From Epithemia pelagica (lineage: Eukaryota; Protista; Bacillariophyta), in contig OX337228.1 of assembly GCA_946965045.2 (NCBI GenBank), positions 6,138,001-6,202,000 of the forward strand: DNA of 64,000 nucleotides. Reading direction: 5' to 3'. The notes beneath the pieces were generated by a model. It worked only from the letters and a program-made list of their open reading frames with translations. It searched no databases and had not been told where the DNA came from. Every line of letters starts with the position of its first letter. Within the stretch, counting starts at the first letter, position 1. Below, in pieces: positions 33,071 through 42,963 of this stretch. The position numbers and the translations under genes are program-made.

Positions 33071-33254
33071 TTTCACCCAGTCTACCGGGATAGCCCGGTA
33101 TGTGTCCAAAATCAAATTGCTGCTCTCTTGTTTGAATAATTTCCTGGTACTATTCGTATATCAGTTAGTACATGGATACTTTTCAACTTTCTCAAATAGT
33201 GCTACATAGAATCCGTTGCTGTCATTTCAGGCAGTGCTCTCCGTGCGTTGTCTT

Positions 33255-34688
33255 TCAGGTTTTGGTCTCTTTTTGCAGGCGGATACGTTGTTGATTGAAG
33301 TATCTTTCTATAGTGTCGGGTGGTGCTGGATTACTTGCCCCTCTTACAGTAACGGCACTGGTACCGACGGCACAGCCCCAAAGTATGCCTTGCTGAACGG
33401 CTTCTGCGGGCCAGGAAACCTTTTGAAATGAGGGGGTGATGGTGGACGTCTGTGTGACCATGGGTTCACGAAGCTGGTTGCCGTTTTCGCGTTCCCATTC
33501 CCAGAGTCCATGCAAAAACCCTGCTGTAAAGGAATCCCCTGCACCGGTTGGATCGACCACATCCACTTTGACTGCGGGAAGCAGCGAAGCCACAACTTGG
33601 TGGTTGCAAAATGCCACTGCCCCCTGTGGACCCATCGTGACAATGACACAAGTGGTAGGATCCCAGGAAGAGAAATAGTGTACCCATGCCTTTACCAAAT
33701 CATCGGTAAGAGACAAGGATGAAGTATCGGAAGGTGATGATGGCGATGGCGGCACATCTTTTCCTGCTCGGTTCAAAATAGAGTTTGCCTCGAGTTCATT
33801 CATAATGAGGAAGTCGAGGTACGGAGCCACTTGTGCGAGACCACCGTCCCATTGCTTAGAGGCATCATGTTGCGTCACAAGCGACATGACAGTGGACTCG
33901 GTACGTTCTGCTCTTATTTTGGCCAATGCTCGCCGTAAATTGTCGTGATGAAATCCTTCGACATTGAAGAACCCAGCTACGTGTACATGAATTGAGTGTT
34001 TTGTTTGAATGATTCTAGGCAAGTCTAAATCGTCAGCGGAAAATGTTCCCACACATCCTTGATGTGTCATGAAACTTCTCTCTCCTCCTGATACAATAGC
34101 AACGCAATGGCCGGTAGACAAGGAACGCGAGGACGAATCACTAGTCTCTTCCTCGGACGGAGGATGGTAACAGTTGGAAATTTCAAAGCCTTGTCGCTCT
34201 CCGTGTTCCAGCAAAATCTGACCAAACCGATCGCTGGCATTGAACACGGTATGAAGAAGGACCAATGGTTTATTTGCAGGAGGATCGACTGTCTTTTCAT
34301 TTGAATCCTCAGTTTGGTTTTGTTGGTCTGGGTCTTTATGGAAAAAATGGCCAATCAGTGCATGTAAATGAGTGGCTGTATTTGTGGAGGAACCTCCTGC
34401 ATATCGTCGAATGGGTTGTTCCAAACGGGAATCGCCCCCTGCACCCAAACAATCGAAATTTGACAAAGAGTAGAAATGACAACTTTTAGAATATGGCAAC
34501 AGAGCACAACCAGGCCAAATAGTGTAACACTCAACCAGGGGACCGTATGGGACCCTGGCATCCACATAACCTGTGATTTGCCGATACTCACCAGATTCGG
34601 GCAAGCCCCCTTCTAGAAAGCAAAACAAATCGACATAAGCATCGCCGATAATATGGAACGTCAGTTTAGGTTCCAGCGATTCGGGCAT
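33255..34688 (-). CDS. PfkB/ribokinase-family carbohydrate kinase; predicted intron 34439-34591
   Basis: IIGDAYVD, AGGSSTNTA, NELEA, TMGPQGA, VVDPTGAGDSFTAGF. Confidence 0.9.
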   Translation of the reverse strand: MPESLEPKLTFHIIGDAYVDLFCFLEGGLPESGEYRQITGYVDARVPYGPLVECYTIWPGCALLPYSKSCHFYSLSNFDCLGAGGDSRLEQPIRRYAGGSSTNTATHLHALIGHFFHKDPDQQNQTEDSNEKTVDPPANKPLVLLHTVFNASDRFGQILLEHGERQGFEISNCYHPPSEEETSDSSSRSLSTGHCVAIVSGGERSFMTHQGCVGTFSADDLDLPRIIQTKHSIHVHVAGFFNVEGFHHDNLRRALAKIRAERTESTVMSLVTQHDASKQWDGGLAQVAPYLDFLIMNELEANSILNRAGKDVPPSPSSPSDTSSLSLTDDLVKAWVHYFSSWDPTTCVIVTMGPQGAVAFCNHQVVASLLPAVKVDVVDPTGAGDSFTAGFLHGLWEWERENGNQLREPMVTQTSTITPSFQKVSWPAEAVQQGILWGCAVGTSAVTVRGASNPAPPDTIERYFNQQRIRLQKETKT

Positions 34689-34939
34689 GACATGAGCACA
34701 AAAGGATCAGACTTGGCTTCGTCGTTGTAGGCAGGAGAGGGCAGAACAGAAAGAAGAATTGAAGAGGATGACGATTGACGAAGTGAGATCCGACGCCGAC
34801 AGAAGGCGAATCATTGAGGTCGCCGATAAATCGCGTATCATCTCATCCATCCATCAGAATAGAGATTTTTTGTCTGTCGACCAAGCAGGAAGACGACCAA
34901 CTCGTCTTGAAACACTTGGAACAAACGACAATCATCATC

Positions 34940-36214
34940 ATGGACTTGTTGGCATCCCTGAACCTAGAAGATCTTCCAGAGCAGCAAACGCGTATGATGG
35001 AAATCATGAAACACTATCCTGAATTGGATGCAAGACTAGGATTCGACGTTTGTTGTACGTGCGCCGCCTTGCTCGACCCAGCCACCAAGGTTACCTGTCC
35101 TGTTTGTCGACGTGTCGACTATTGCTCTGAAGCCTGTCGAGAGAAAGATGCGCGAGTAATGATGACGGATCGAGTGGGAACATCAACAGACGATGAGCTT
35201 CTCGAGGTCGACCCTGCGACTGGTCACTCCGCTATTATCTGTGCTCTACTAAAGTTGTGTCAAGACGACGAAGATGTCGAAGACAAAGAAGGTGGCCACA
35301 AATTGGATTATCAGCGTAGAGAGGCAGCACAGTATCGCGTACGAAGTGAATTGGAGTCATATCCGGCGACCCTTGCAAACGTGATTGCCGAGGGTCCCTG
35401 TTATGAATCAGTATTGAAACAATGCAAAACTCAAACGAACAAGAAACTGGTGATTCATGTGGTCGGTGCGTCTATTGACGGGGAGCTATGGGGGAACGAC
35501 AAAGACTTGGATCAAGTTAGTGATGCCTACGCAGAAGCCTTGTCAGATTTGGCCGAAAAGACGGGCTTGGCAACAATCGAGTTACTGCTCTTTGGACCAG
35601 AGTGTCCAAGTGCAACAAATCTTGAAACATTGAAGCCTATTCGTGATCAAGATCACACCAAAGGTGAACTTATTATGCGAACCTATCACGGCGTGTACAA
35701 CGCGGAACTGTTAGAGCAAAACCATGTCACAAAGGCAGATATTGTTGTCTTTTTCAATCCTGGATTCACCGTGCCAGATTATCAGTGGGTCGAAAGTTTG
35801 GAATGCATACCATTAGGAACTCCATTCTTATCTACGACGAACACTGAAATGGAAGGGATAGCGGACTGTCAGTTCTTACTAGACCAAGACAAGATTCAGT
35901 CAATACCACCAGGTCTGGCGGAAATGTTGGGATTATATAGCTCTCCGGATGACGATGGAGATCAAGACGATGAAACCATGGATTCGCCTTCATCATTTTT
36001 CGCTGTTAACCCTTTTTGCGGTATGCGTGTGCGCCAAAGTGGAACAATGGCCAACGATCTTTTTGTCAAGAATAGATGGATGTTGGGTGGAATAATGAAC
36101 AGCTTTGATCCATCACGAAGATCAAGCAAGAACGATTCCTCCAAAAAGAAGAGAAGAACGGATACTGAATCTGATCGTGGTAACAGCAAAGCGGCAAATC
36201 CTGCCTTGATATAA
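34940..36214 (+). CDS. MYND zinc-finger protein with MSS51/ZMYND15-like C-terminal domain
   Basis: CCTC...CPVCRRVDYCSEAC; LVIHVVGAS, LLLFGPE, VVFFNPGF...W, LSTTNTEME, NPF. Confidence 0.7.
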   Translation: MDLLASLNLEDLPEQQTRMMEIMKHYPELDARLGFDVCCTCAALLDPATKVTCPVCRRVDYCSEACREKDARVMMTDRVGTSTDDELLEVDPATGHSAIICALLKLCQDDEDVEDKEGGHKLDYQRREAAQYRVRSELESYPATLANVIAEGPCYESVLKQCKTQTNKKLVIHVVGASIDGELWGNDKDLDQVSDAYAEALSDLAEKTGLATIELLLFGPECPSATNLETLKPIRDQDHTKGELIMRTYHGVYNAELLEQNHVTKADIVVFFNPGFTVPDYQWVESLECIPLGTPFLSTTNTEMEGIADCQFLLDQDKIQSIPPGLAEMLGLYSSPDDDGDQDDETMDSPSSFFAVNPFCGMRVRQSGTMANDLFVKNRWMLGGIMNSFDPSRRSSKNDSSKKKRRTDTESDRGNSKAANPALI

Positions 36215-36535
36215 CCAGGAACCAGGTGTAGATCATTCTCATCTCTCAGCGCAGAAATGGAAGGGATCTACCTAGCTTGTCTACGGATTGTTGGTGGGGT
36301 GAGTGGTGGGAACGTGCATCGTTCAATAGACCCGGATGTGGGGTGCTGGTGGGGTGTCGCACCACCACCACCACGTCATTCAAAAGACACACGAACGAGC
36401 AGGAGGCAAGTGTCACCCTTACCAAGATACCATTATTCTTCGGCAAGGGTTGATCATTGATCGAACAGACACGACGACACGACATAAAATAGGCCGAGAA
36501 CATTTCTATTCTCCTCCTACTGTAGTGACAACATC

Positions 36536-37191
36536 ATGAAGTTTCTAGGCCTCCTTCTCTTTCTTCCCTTTGCGACGGCTTTCGCACCGGTGCCATCGAG
36601 ATGTGATGTGCGATCCCAATCAGTTGTTCAATGGGGTAAGTGTTGTCGAAAGTGGTGTGAGTCAGCGCACGAACAGAAATATTCCGATGGTCAATGACGA
36701 TAGGAATGAACTCATCTCTTGCCTCTCCTGCCTGAATGGACTTTGATTCTTCTCAATCAAAAGGCTATGTTCCAAGTGGTATGAGTGCTGAGCAGTACAA
36801 GAAACTGAAGGCAAAGGAAAGTTCCGCGAAATCGAAAAAGAACTTCGGTGCATTTGGTCCTCAGTCGTTCAAGTCTCGTTCGTTGCAGAGTTTTCAAACG
36901 GATTTGGAGACCGGCAGGGCTGGACATTTGTTGCCTGTTTTCAATGCCAAGGAGAAAGTTCGTGCAGGGAAATTGAAACAAGAAGACATTCCCTATATGC
37001 AGCGAGGTGGAAGTTGGGATAATTCCGACGTAAAGTCCGCCAAAAAGAAGAAGTGGAACGATCTCGACAAAAAGTACAATGCGAACCAAAGGGTTACCGG
37101 CATTGATTGGATGGGTAAGAGCCAGGCTAGTGGACCTGCTGGACGAAAGCAGACTGCAGTTGCAACTAAGGCAAAAACAGGTTGGTGGTAG
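36536..37191 (+). CDS. Plastid-targeted uncharacterised protein; intron 36636-36763
   Basis: Exon 1 MKFLGLLLFLPFATAFAPV (signal peptide plus ASAFAP-type motif), GTAAGT donor, splices in frame to GYVPSGMSAEQYKKLK. Confidence 0.8.
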
Positions 37192-38105
37192 TTGTTGGCA
37201 AATGGTTGTCTTTGAGCTACTGGGCCTCTACTGTATGTCATAAACTTAATCCAATGCAAAACTTAGAAATAATTCCAAAAAGTAGAGCTTAAGTATAAGA
37301 TCACGACTGCTACTGAATGTCTTAGACGCAAAATGACAAGCTGTGAATCACACGCCAGCATATTTTATACAATATACAAGGATGAATATGTTAATTAGTT
37401 TTTCGCGCCGTATCCCCCACAGACCCCCAGACACTTCTCTAAATAACAAAGAAGGTTGTGTAAATAATAATGTCACGGGGAAGGCATACGATTTAGAGTA
37501 TTCATGTCTGTATATTTATAACCATTTTGATTTCAGAATAAGTTTACGACGAAAGTTCATGAGCCGGGGCCTACCCCCGGACAAATTTCGTCTCAGATTT
37601 ATCTCAAATCTAAAATGCTCAGGTTATGGGCTCAAATTTAAGAGCCGGTTGGGATTGAGATTTGGGGGTTACGACATACAGTAGAGTTCCACTTCAAGAT
37701 CTTTGCAGGGTATACAGTCTTAAAATTAAGTTTCATCAACTGATCTCTATCCCTAGGTGGTTCAAACATGTCATGAGGCAACACAGCGCCTCCATAAGAT
37801 CCTTTTTCTTGACCTCTTACTCGAGACCTCAATGCCGAGTTTCCCCAAAATACGAACGAGTGCGTTCAGGCCCTTGGTTTACCTGGATTCGGTCGAATCG
37901 TCCACGTTTCGGTTTTTATCCGCACGTTCCCCTTGTTCGCTTTATTATGCGAAGGGTTCCTCTACCCTTTAGGGACCTCGCTAGATAGATCCCGACTAAA
38001 ACGACAAGTAGCATAGTAGGAGTAGCTAGCAGCATAAACGAATCAGTCCCAGTCCCGTGACCTCATCTTTAATGCGACTGTTCATATTTTCGAACAAAAA
38101 TCACC

Positions 38106-41100
38106 ATGGCCATGGCGAGGTCGAGCGGACAACAGGACGCGAGTGAGTGGTGTTCAGATGCTCTACATGATCTGTTGGGTTTTGCTGATTCTTCGCTGGC
38201 ATCCTACCTTGTCAGTGTCGCCAAGAAAAGTAAGACAGCGTCTTCCGTAGTCGATGTGCTTCGAGAAGGTCAGGTGACTGCGGATGTGAATAAAGTTCAG
38301 CAATTTGCACAGGCGTTGGTTCAGAAAACTCAAGCTTCGAAGAAGCATGAAGCCTTACATTCGTCATCTGGATCGAAATCAAGAAAAACAAATGCGCAAT
38401 GGGAAAAGGAAGCGTCAAAATATCAACTTGTGGATGATGAAGAAGAAGAAGAAGTCAGGAACGTGGTTGCCCAAACAGAGAAAAAGAGTAGAAAGGGATC
38501 TTCTGAAGGGAACAGCAAGAGTCGGAGAAGAAAACGAGAGGTTGACAGCAGCCCCGAAGATGGTGGAAGTGAGGGCATTGAAAGAGTTCGGCAGAAAGCC
38601 GAAGAACGACGGGAAAAGCGTCGTAGTCGGAGAGATGAGCATCAGGAGTCAGCTTTGACGGAGGATGAACGACATGAATTGGAGCGGGAGAAAGACCTGA
38701 AAGAACGAGATGAGTTTGTTCAACGAATGTTGGATCGAGACAGACAAAAAGATAGACGGAAGCAGGAATCTAGAGACGCGGCCTTGAGAAAAAAGCACGG
38801 TATTGAGGATCGTCTTGCGAGAGGCGAGACAGTTGTTGACGAAGCCACAGGAGAGGAGCTTAGTGTTTTGAAGCTTAGAGAACAGAGCCGAAGAGACTAT
38901 TTAAAGAAAAGAGAAGAAAGAGAGTTGACTTTGTTGAAGCAATCGCTGGAAGATGAAAAAGATCTCTTCCAAGGCGAGAAACTCACAGCAGCAGAAAGAA
39001 AACGCATCGAGATCAGCAAAAAGATTCTTCACATGTCCAGTGACAGAGGAGAGGCTTCCACAGAAGATGGCTTCTATCGTTTGCCTGATCAATTCAATGA
39101 ATCTAGAACAAAAGCTAGTCAAGACCAAAGCCTGTTGAAGTCACGCTATGTTGATCCGAAAGAAGAAAAGACTGAACAAGATTTATGGGAGGAGTCGCAG
39201 ACGAAGAAGGCACAGTTGCGTAATGTAAAGAAAGCGAAATCTTCCAGTTCCGACCAATACGACATTTTGCTTGATAACCAGATTGATTTTGTGATGCAAG
39301 GGACGAAGGAGGGATATGACAACAGGACTAAAGCAAGCGCACAACATCAGGACACACAAACAAAGGGTGACCCCTCTCCCGCGCCACGTCCAGTCACCGA
39401 ACATGAAAAGATCCTCGCAGGTAGAAAGAAGCTTCCAGTCTATGCTTATAGAGAGGAGTTCCTAGCTGCCGTGAAAGACCATCAAGTTCTCATTCTGATC
39501 GGAGAGACCGGTTCAGGGAAAACCACACAAATTCCCCAGTTCTTGTATGAGATAGGGTATGGCGAGCTTGGTAAAATTGGATGCACACAACCAAGACGAG
39601 TAGCTGCTTTATCTGTGGCCTCAAGAGTGGCAAAGGAGATGAATGTCAAGCTAGGTCATGAAGTGGGATACTCTATTCGATTCGAGAATTGTACGAGCAA
39701 GAAGACAGTTATTCAGTACATGACGGACGGTATGCTTTTGCGCGAAATTCTCACGGAACCTGACTTGGCGAGCTACTCATGCATGATTATCGACGAGTCT
39801 CACGAGAGAACTCTACACACTGACATTCTGTTTGGCTTGGTAAAAGATATTGTCAGGTTCAGAAGCGACCTCAAGCTCATCATCAGTAGCGCAACGTTAG
39901 ACGCTGAAAAGTTCTCAAAGTATTTCGACGATGCTAGTATCTTCATGATACCTGGAAGAATGTTTCCGGTGGATATCTACTATACTAAAGCACCCGAAGC
40001 AGACTACGTCGATGCAGCTGTTGTCACTGTTCTGCAAATTCATGTCTCTCAGCCTCTAAACGGCGATTGCCTCGTATTTTTAACAGGACAAGAGGAAATT
40101 GAAGCTGCTGCCGAAATTCTTAACCAGAGATGCAAGAATCTGGGATCTAGGATTCCTGAACTTATAATCTGTCCCATCTACGCGAATCTTCCGTCCGAGG
40201 CTCAAGCCAAGATATTTGAGAAGACACCAAAGGGAGCACGAAAAGTCGTTCTTGCCACGAATATCGCGGAGACCTCCCTTACGATTGATGGGATCTGTTA
40301 CGTGATAGATACAGGATTCAACAAACAGAACACATACAATGCGCGTTCCGCGATGGAATCGCTTGTCGTAACGCCGGTATCTCAGGCATCTGCCAATCAA
40401 CGAGCTGGTCGAGCTGGTCGAACCCAGCCAGGGAAATGTTTTCGACTTTTTACCAAATGGTCGTTTCAGCACGAGCTTGAACCAAATACAACACCGGAGA
40501 TTCTGAGGACCAACATGGCGAATGTGGTTCTCATGCTGAAGAGTCTAGGGATACACAATCTGATTGATTTTGATTTCATGGATCGTCCACCGGCGGATGC
40601 GTTGATTCGTGCATTAGAGCTTCTGTACGCGTTGGGATCTCTCAATGACAGAGGCGAATTGACAAAGCTGGGTCGGAAGCAAAGCGAGTTTCCTTTGGAC
40701 CCTATGTTGAGCAAAACTGTCATTGTGTCGGAAAAGTATAAATGTACACAACAAATTTTGTCGACTGTTGCAATGCTTTCAGTTGGTGCCAGTATCTTTT
40801 ACCGTCCTAAAGATAAAGCCATCCATGCTGATACGGCGCGGATGCACTTTGCGAGACATGGCGGGGGTGATATGATTGCTCTTCTTCGCTGTTATAGTGA
40901 ATGGATGGACAATGAATACAGCGCAATGTGGTGTCGGGAACATTACATACAAGTCAAAAGTTTACAAAAGGCGCGTGATATACGAGAGCAACTTGAATCT
41001 CTTTGTGACCGTGTCGAGATCGACCACACAGTGACTACCGATGAAGACGATATTGAAAGCGTTCTCAAGTCGATGACTGGTGGGTTCTTCTACCACACTG

Positions 41101-41393
41101 CCAAGTTGGGGAAAACTGGGGATTATGAAACAGTGAAGCAGCGGAAGACAGTTTATATTCATCCGAGTAGTGTCCTTGCTCACAAGAAAGGCAAAGACGA
41201 AGAAGGCCCACTGCCTCTGCCTCCATGGCTGATATACTTCGACCTAGCATTCACCACAAAGGAGTATATGCGTCAAGTCGCACCTATTGAGCCATCCTGG
41301 CTTCTTGAGATCGCTCCGCACTATTACCAAGCAAGCGAAATCGAGGACTCAAAATCCAAAAAGATGCCTCGAGGATATCGTCGTGATCGATAA
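38106..41393 (+). CDS. DHX16: DEAH-box splicing helicase DHX16/Prp2-like
   Basis: GETGSGKTTQ, CTQPRRVAA, DESHER, SAT, FLTGQEEI, ATNIAETSLT, QRAGRAGR, HA2 and OB-fold regions. Charged N-terminus typical of DHX16. Confidence 0.9.
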   Translation: MAMARSSGQQDASEWCSDALHDLLGFADSSLASYLVSVAKKSKTASSVVDVLREGQVTADVNKVQQFAQALVQKTQASKKHEALHSSSGSKSRKTNAQWEKEASKYQLVDDEEEEEVRNVVAQTEKKSRKGSSEGNSKSRRRKREVDSSPEDGGSEGIERVRQKAEERREKRRSRRDEHQESALTEDERHELEREKDLKERDEFVQRMLDRDRQKDRRKQESRDAALRKKHGIEDRLARGETVVDEATGEELSVLKLREQSRRDYLKKREERELTLLKQSLEDEKDLFQGEKLTAAERKRIEISKKILHMSSDRGEASTEDGFYRLPDQFNESRTKASQDQSLLKSRYVDPKEEKTEQDLWEESQTKKAQLRNVKKAKSSSSDQYDILLDNQIDFVMQGTKEGYDNRTKASAQHQDTQTKGDPSPAPRPVTEHEKILAGRKKLPVYAYREEFLAAVKDHQVLILIGETGSGKTTQIPQFLYEIGYGELGKIGCTQPRRVAALSVASRVAKEMNVKLGHEVGYSIRFENCTSKKTVIQYMTDGMLLREILTEPDLASYSCMIIDESHERTLHTDILFGLVKDIVRFRSDLKLIISSATLDAEKFSKYFDDASIFMIPGRMFPVDIYYTKAPEADYVDAAVVTVLQIHVSQPLNGDCLVFLTGQEEIEAAAEILNQRCKNLGSRIPELIICPIYANLPSEAQAKIFEKTPKGARKVVLATNIAETSLTIDGICYVIDTGFNKQNTYNARSAMESLVVTPVSQASANQRAGRAGRTQPGKCFRLFTKWSFQHELEPNTTPEILRTNMANVVLMLKSLGIHNLIDFDFMDRPPADALIRALELLYALGSLNDRGELTKLGRKQSEFPLDPMLSKTVIVSEKYKCTQQILSTVAMLSVGASIFYRPKDKAIHADTARMHFARHGGGDMIALLRCYSEWMDNEYSAMWCREHYIQVKSLQKARDIREQLESLCDRVEIDHTVTTDEDDIESVLKSMTGGFFYHTAKLGKTGDYETVKQRKTVYIHPSSVLAHKKGKDEEGPLPLPPWLIYFDLAFTTKEYMRQVAPIEPSWLLEIAPHYYQASEIEDSKSKKMPRGYRRDR

Positions 41394-41934
41394 AAAGACG
41401 TTCATTTCGTTTGCTGATATAGGAGTATTTCCTTAGATGGATCTATCTTGGACATAGTTAAGGAAGAGTGCTCGTAGCTCGTAGTGATACTTTCACCCCC
41501 CGATTTTGAGTCTTGTATTTATTTTTCTCAGAATATGAGGGGGTCCACATGATTTGGTGATGGCGCACATCATCTCCTCATCGGTAAGATCGACACGCTC
41601 TCTAACGGCTAACGCATGACTTAATCTATCAAACTGTCTCGCGGACTCGAAGCTGAGCCATTAAATAGAAATTTCCCGCCCCTCCGGTGTCTGGTTGTCG
41701 AATTGGTCACTTTTCCACGACTGTGATAGCGAATGATCGAATCTATTCGGATCAGCGCACCTCGTCGCCTGTGTCTAATCGTTGGATATCCATCGTCACC
41801 TTTGGCTGCTCCATGTGCACTTGAGGTGCATCATACGAACAGACCGATCTTTTCTTGTTTGAGTGAACAGATTCTGTTGTCCTTCTTCTTTCGTTGTCAG
41901 GTACTCCTTGTGTCAAGGTTTTTCGGAAGTTACC

Positions 41935-42783
41935 ATGTCGAGATCCAACGAGCGAAATGTCGAACTGCGCTGTAACATCAATGACAATACAACCAACAAA
42001 GTATCTGTTGTCCCATGTGCTGTATCAAACTATGGGCAATCTCACACGGCAGTGATTGTGACGCATCCCTGGGGGCCGCTGGGAGGGAACATGCACAACA
42101 ATGTCGTGGTGGCATCGGCCTTGTATTTTCAAAAAATGGGCTTTGCCACATGTCGATTTGATTTTCTTCCCCATCAATGGCTCTCACCGGGATTTGTACA
42201 TGTGGAACAAGTTAAACAAGCCGCGCAAATGATGCTTCATGGATCGGCACAATTGGACAGAGCCTATTATCCTGAATCTGCAACCGATGAATTCATTCGA
42301 CCAAAAAGGATAATTCTTATTGGGTATTCGTATGGATCGCTCATTTCGGGGAGTGCTAGTTTGGATATTCCAGAATGTATAGCCACAATTTCCATTGCAC
42401 CTCCGTTTGCGGTTCAAATGTGGTTGCTCTCCTTCCGATCAGATGGCTTCTTGGAACGTTCCGCAGAACGACTGGATTTGTTTCGATTCTATGTGATTGG
42501 AGACAATGACAATTTCACGTCCGAATCTTACTTTCAATCGGTCCTCGATAAACGGCTTCCATCGAAACATACGGATGCTGCAATACTAAGTGGTGCCGAT
42601 CATTTCTTTCGGCAACGAGAGAAGGATCTCATGGCTGTTATTGGACAATGGCTCCGTACGACCTTTGTATCGCAATGTCAAGGCGATCTAAAGCGATTGC
42701 CCAAAGTTGTCGAGTTGCCTCACGCATCTGACACGCACAGGGATGGACCTACCGATGCTAGCTACAAAAGCAGTGCACAATAG
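41935..42783 (+). CDS. Alpha/beta-fold hydrolase
   Basis: THPWGPLGGNMHNNVV, nucleophile GYSYG, GDNDNF, GADHFF (Ser-Asp-His triad). Confidence 0.85.
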   Translation: MSRSNERNVELRCNINDNTTNKVSVVPCAVSNYGQSHTAVIVTHPWGPLGGNMHNNVVVASALYFQKMGFATCRFDFLPHQWLSPGFVHVEQVKQAAQMMLHGSAQLDRAYYPESATDEFIRPKRIILIGYSYGSLISGSASLDIPECIATISIAPPFAVQMWLLSFRSDGFLERSAERLDLFRFYVIGDNDNFTSESYFQSVLDKRLPSKHTDAAILSGADHFFRQREKDLMAVIGQWLRTTFVSQCQGDLKRLPKVVELPHASDTHRDGPTDASYKSSAQ

Positions 42784-42963
42784 AATCGAATGATGGTAAA
42801 CCTTGGGAGTCGGGAGGAATGGTTTACCACGAGATAAAAATGCTGAAAGCAATTATAATGTTTCGTTATAATCAGAGCTTCTAAGAATTTAAGAATTATT
42901 TGACAAAGAAGTGTCATATTACCACCACGTCGAGAGTGTCTCATTTGTCTTAGGCTTGGAGTT

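Noticed and set aside
37320-38000. AT-richer intergenic tract with small hairpins (about 37565-37580 and 37952-37969) and CTAG at 37981, suggesting a Helitron or MITE end
   Set aside because: No terminal inverted repeats, TSD or A/T insertion context could be found.
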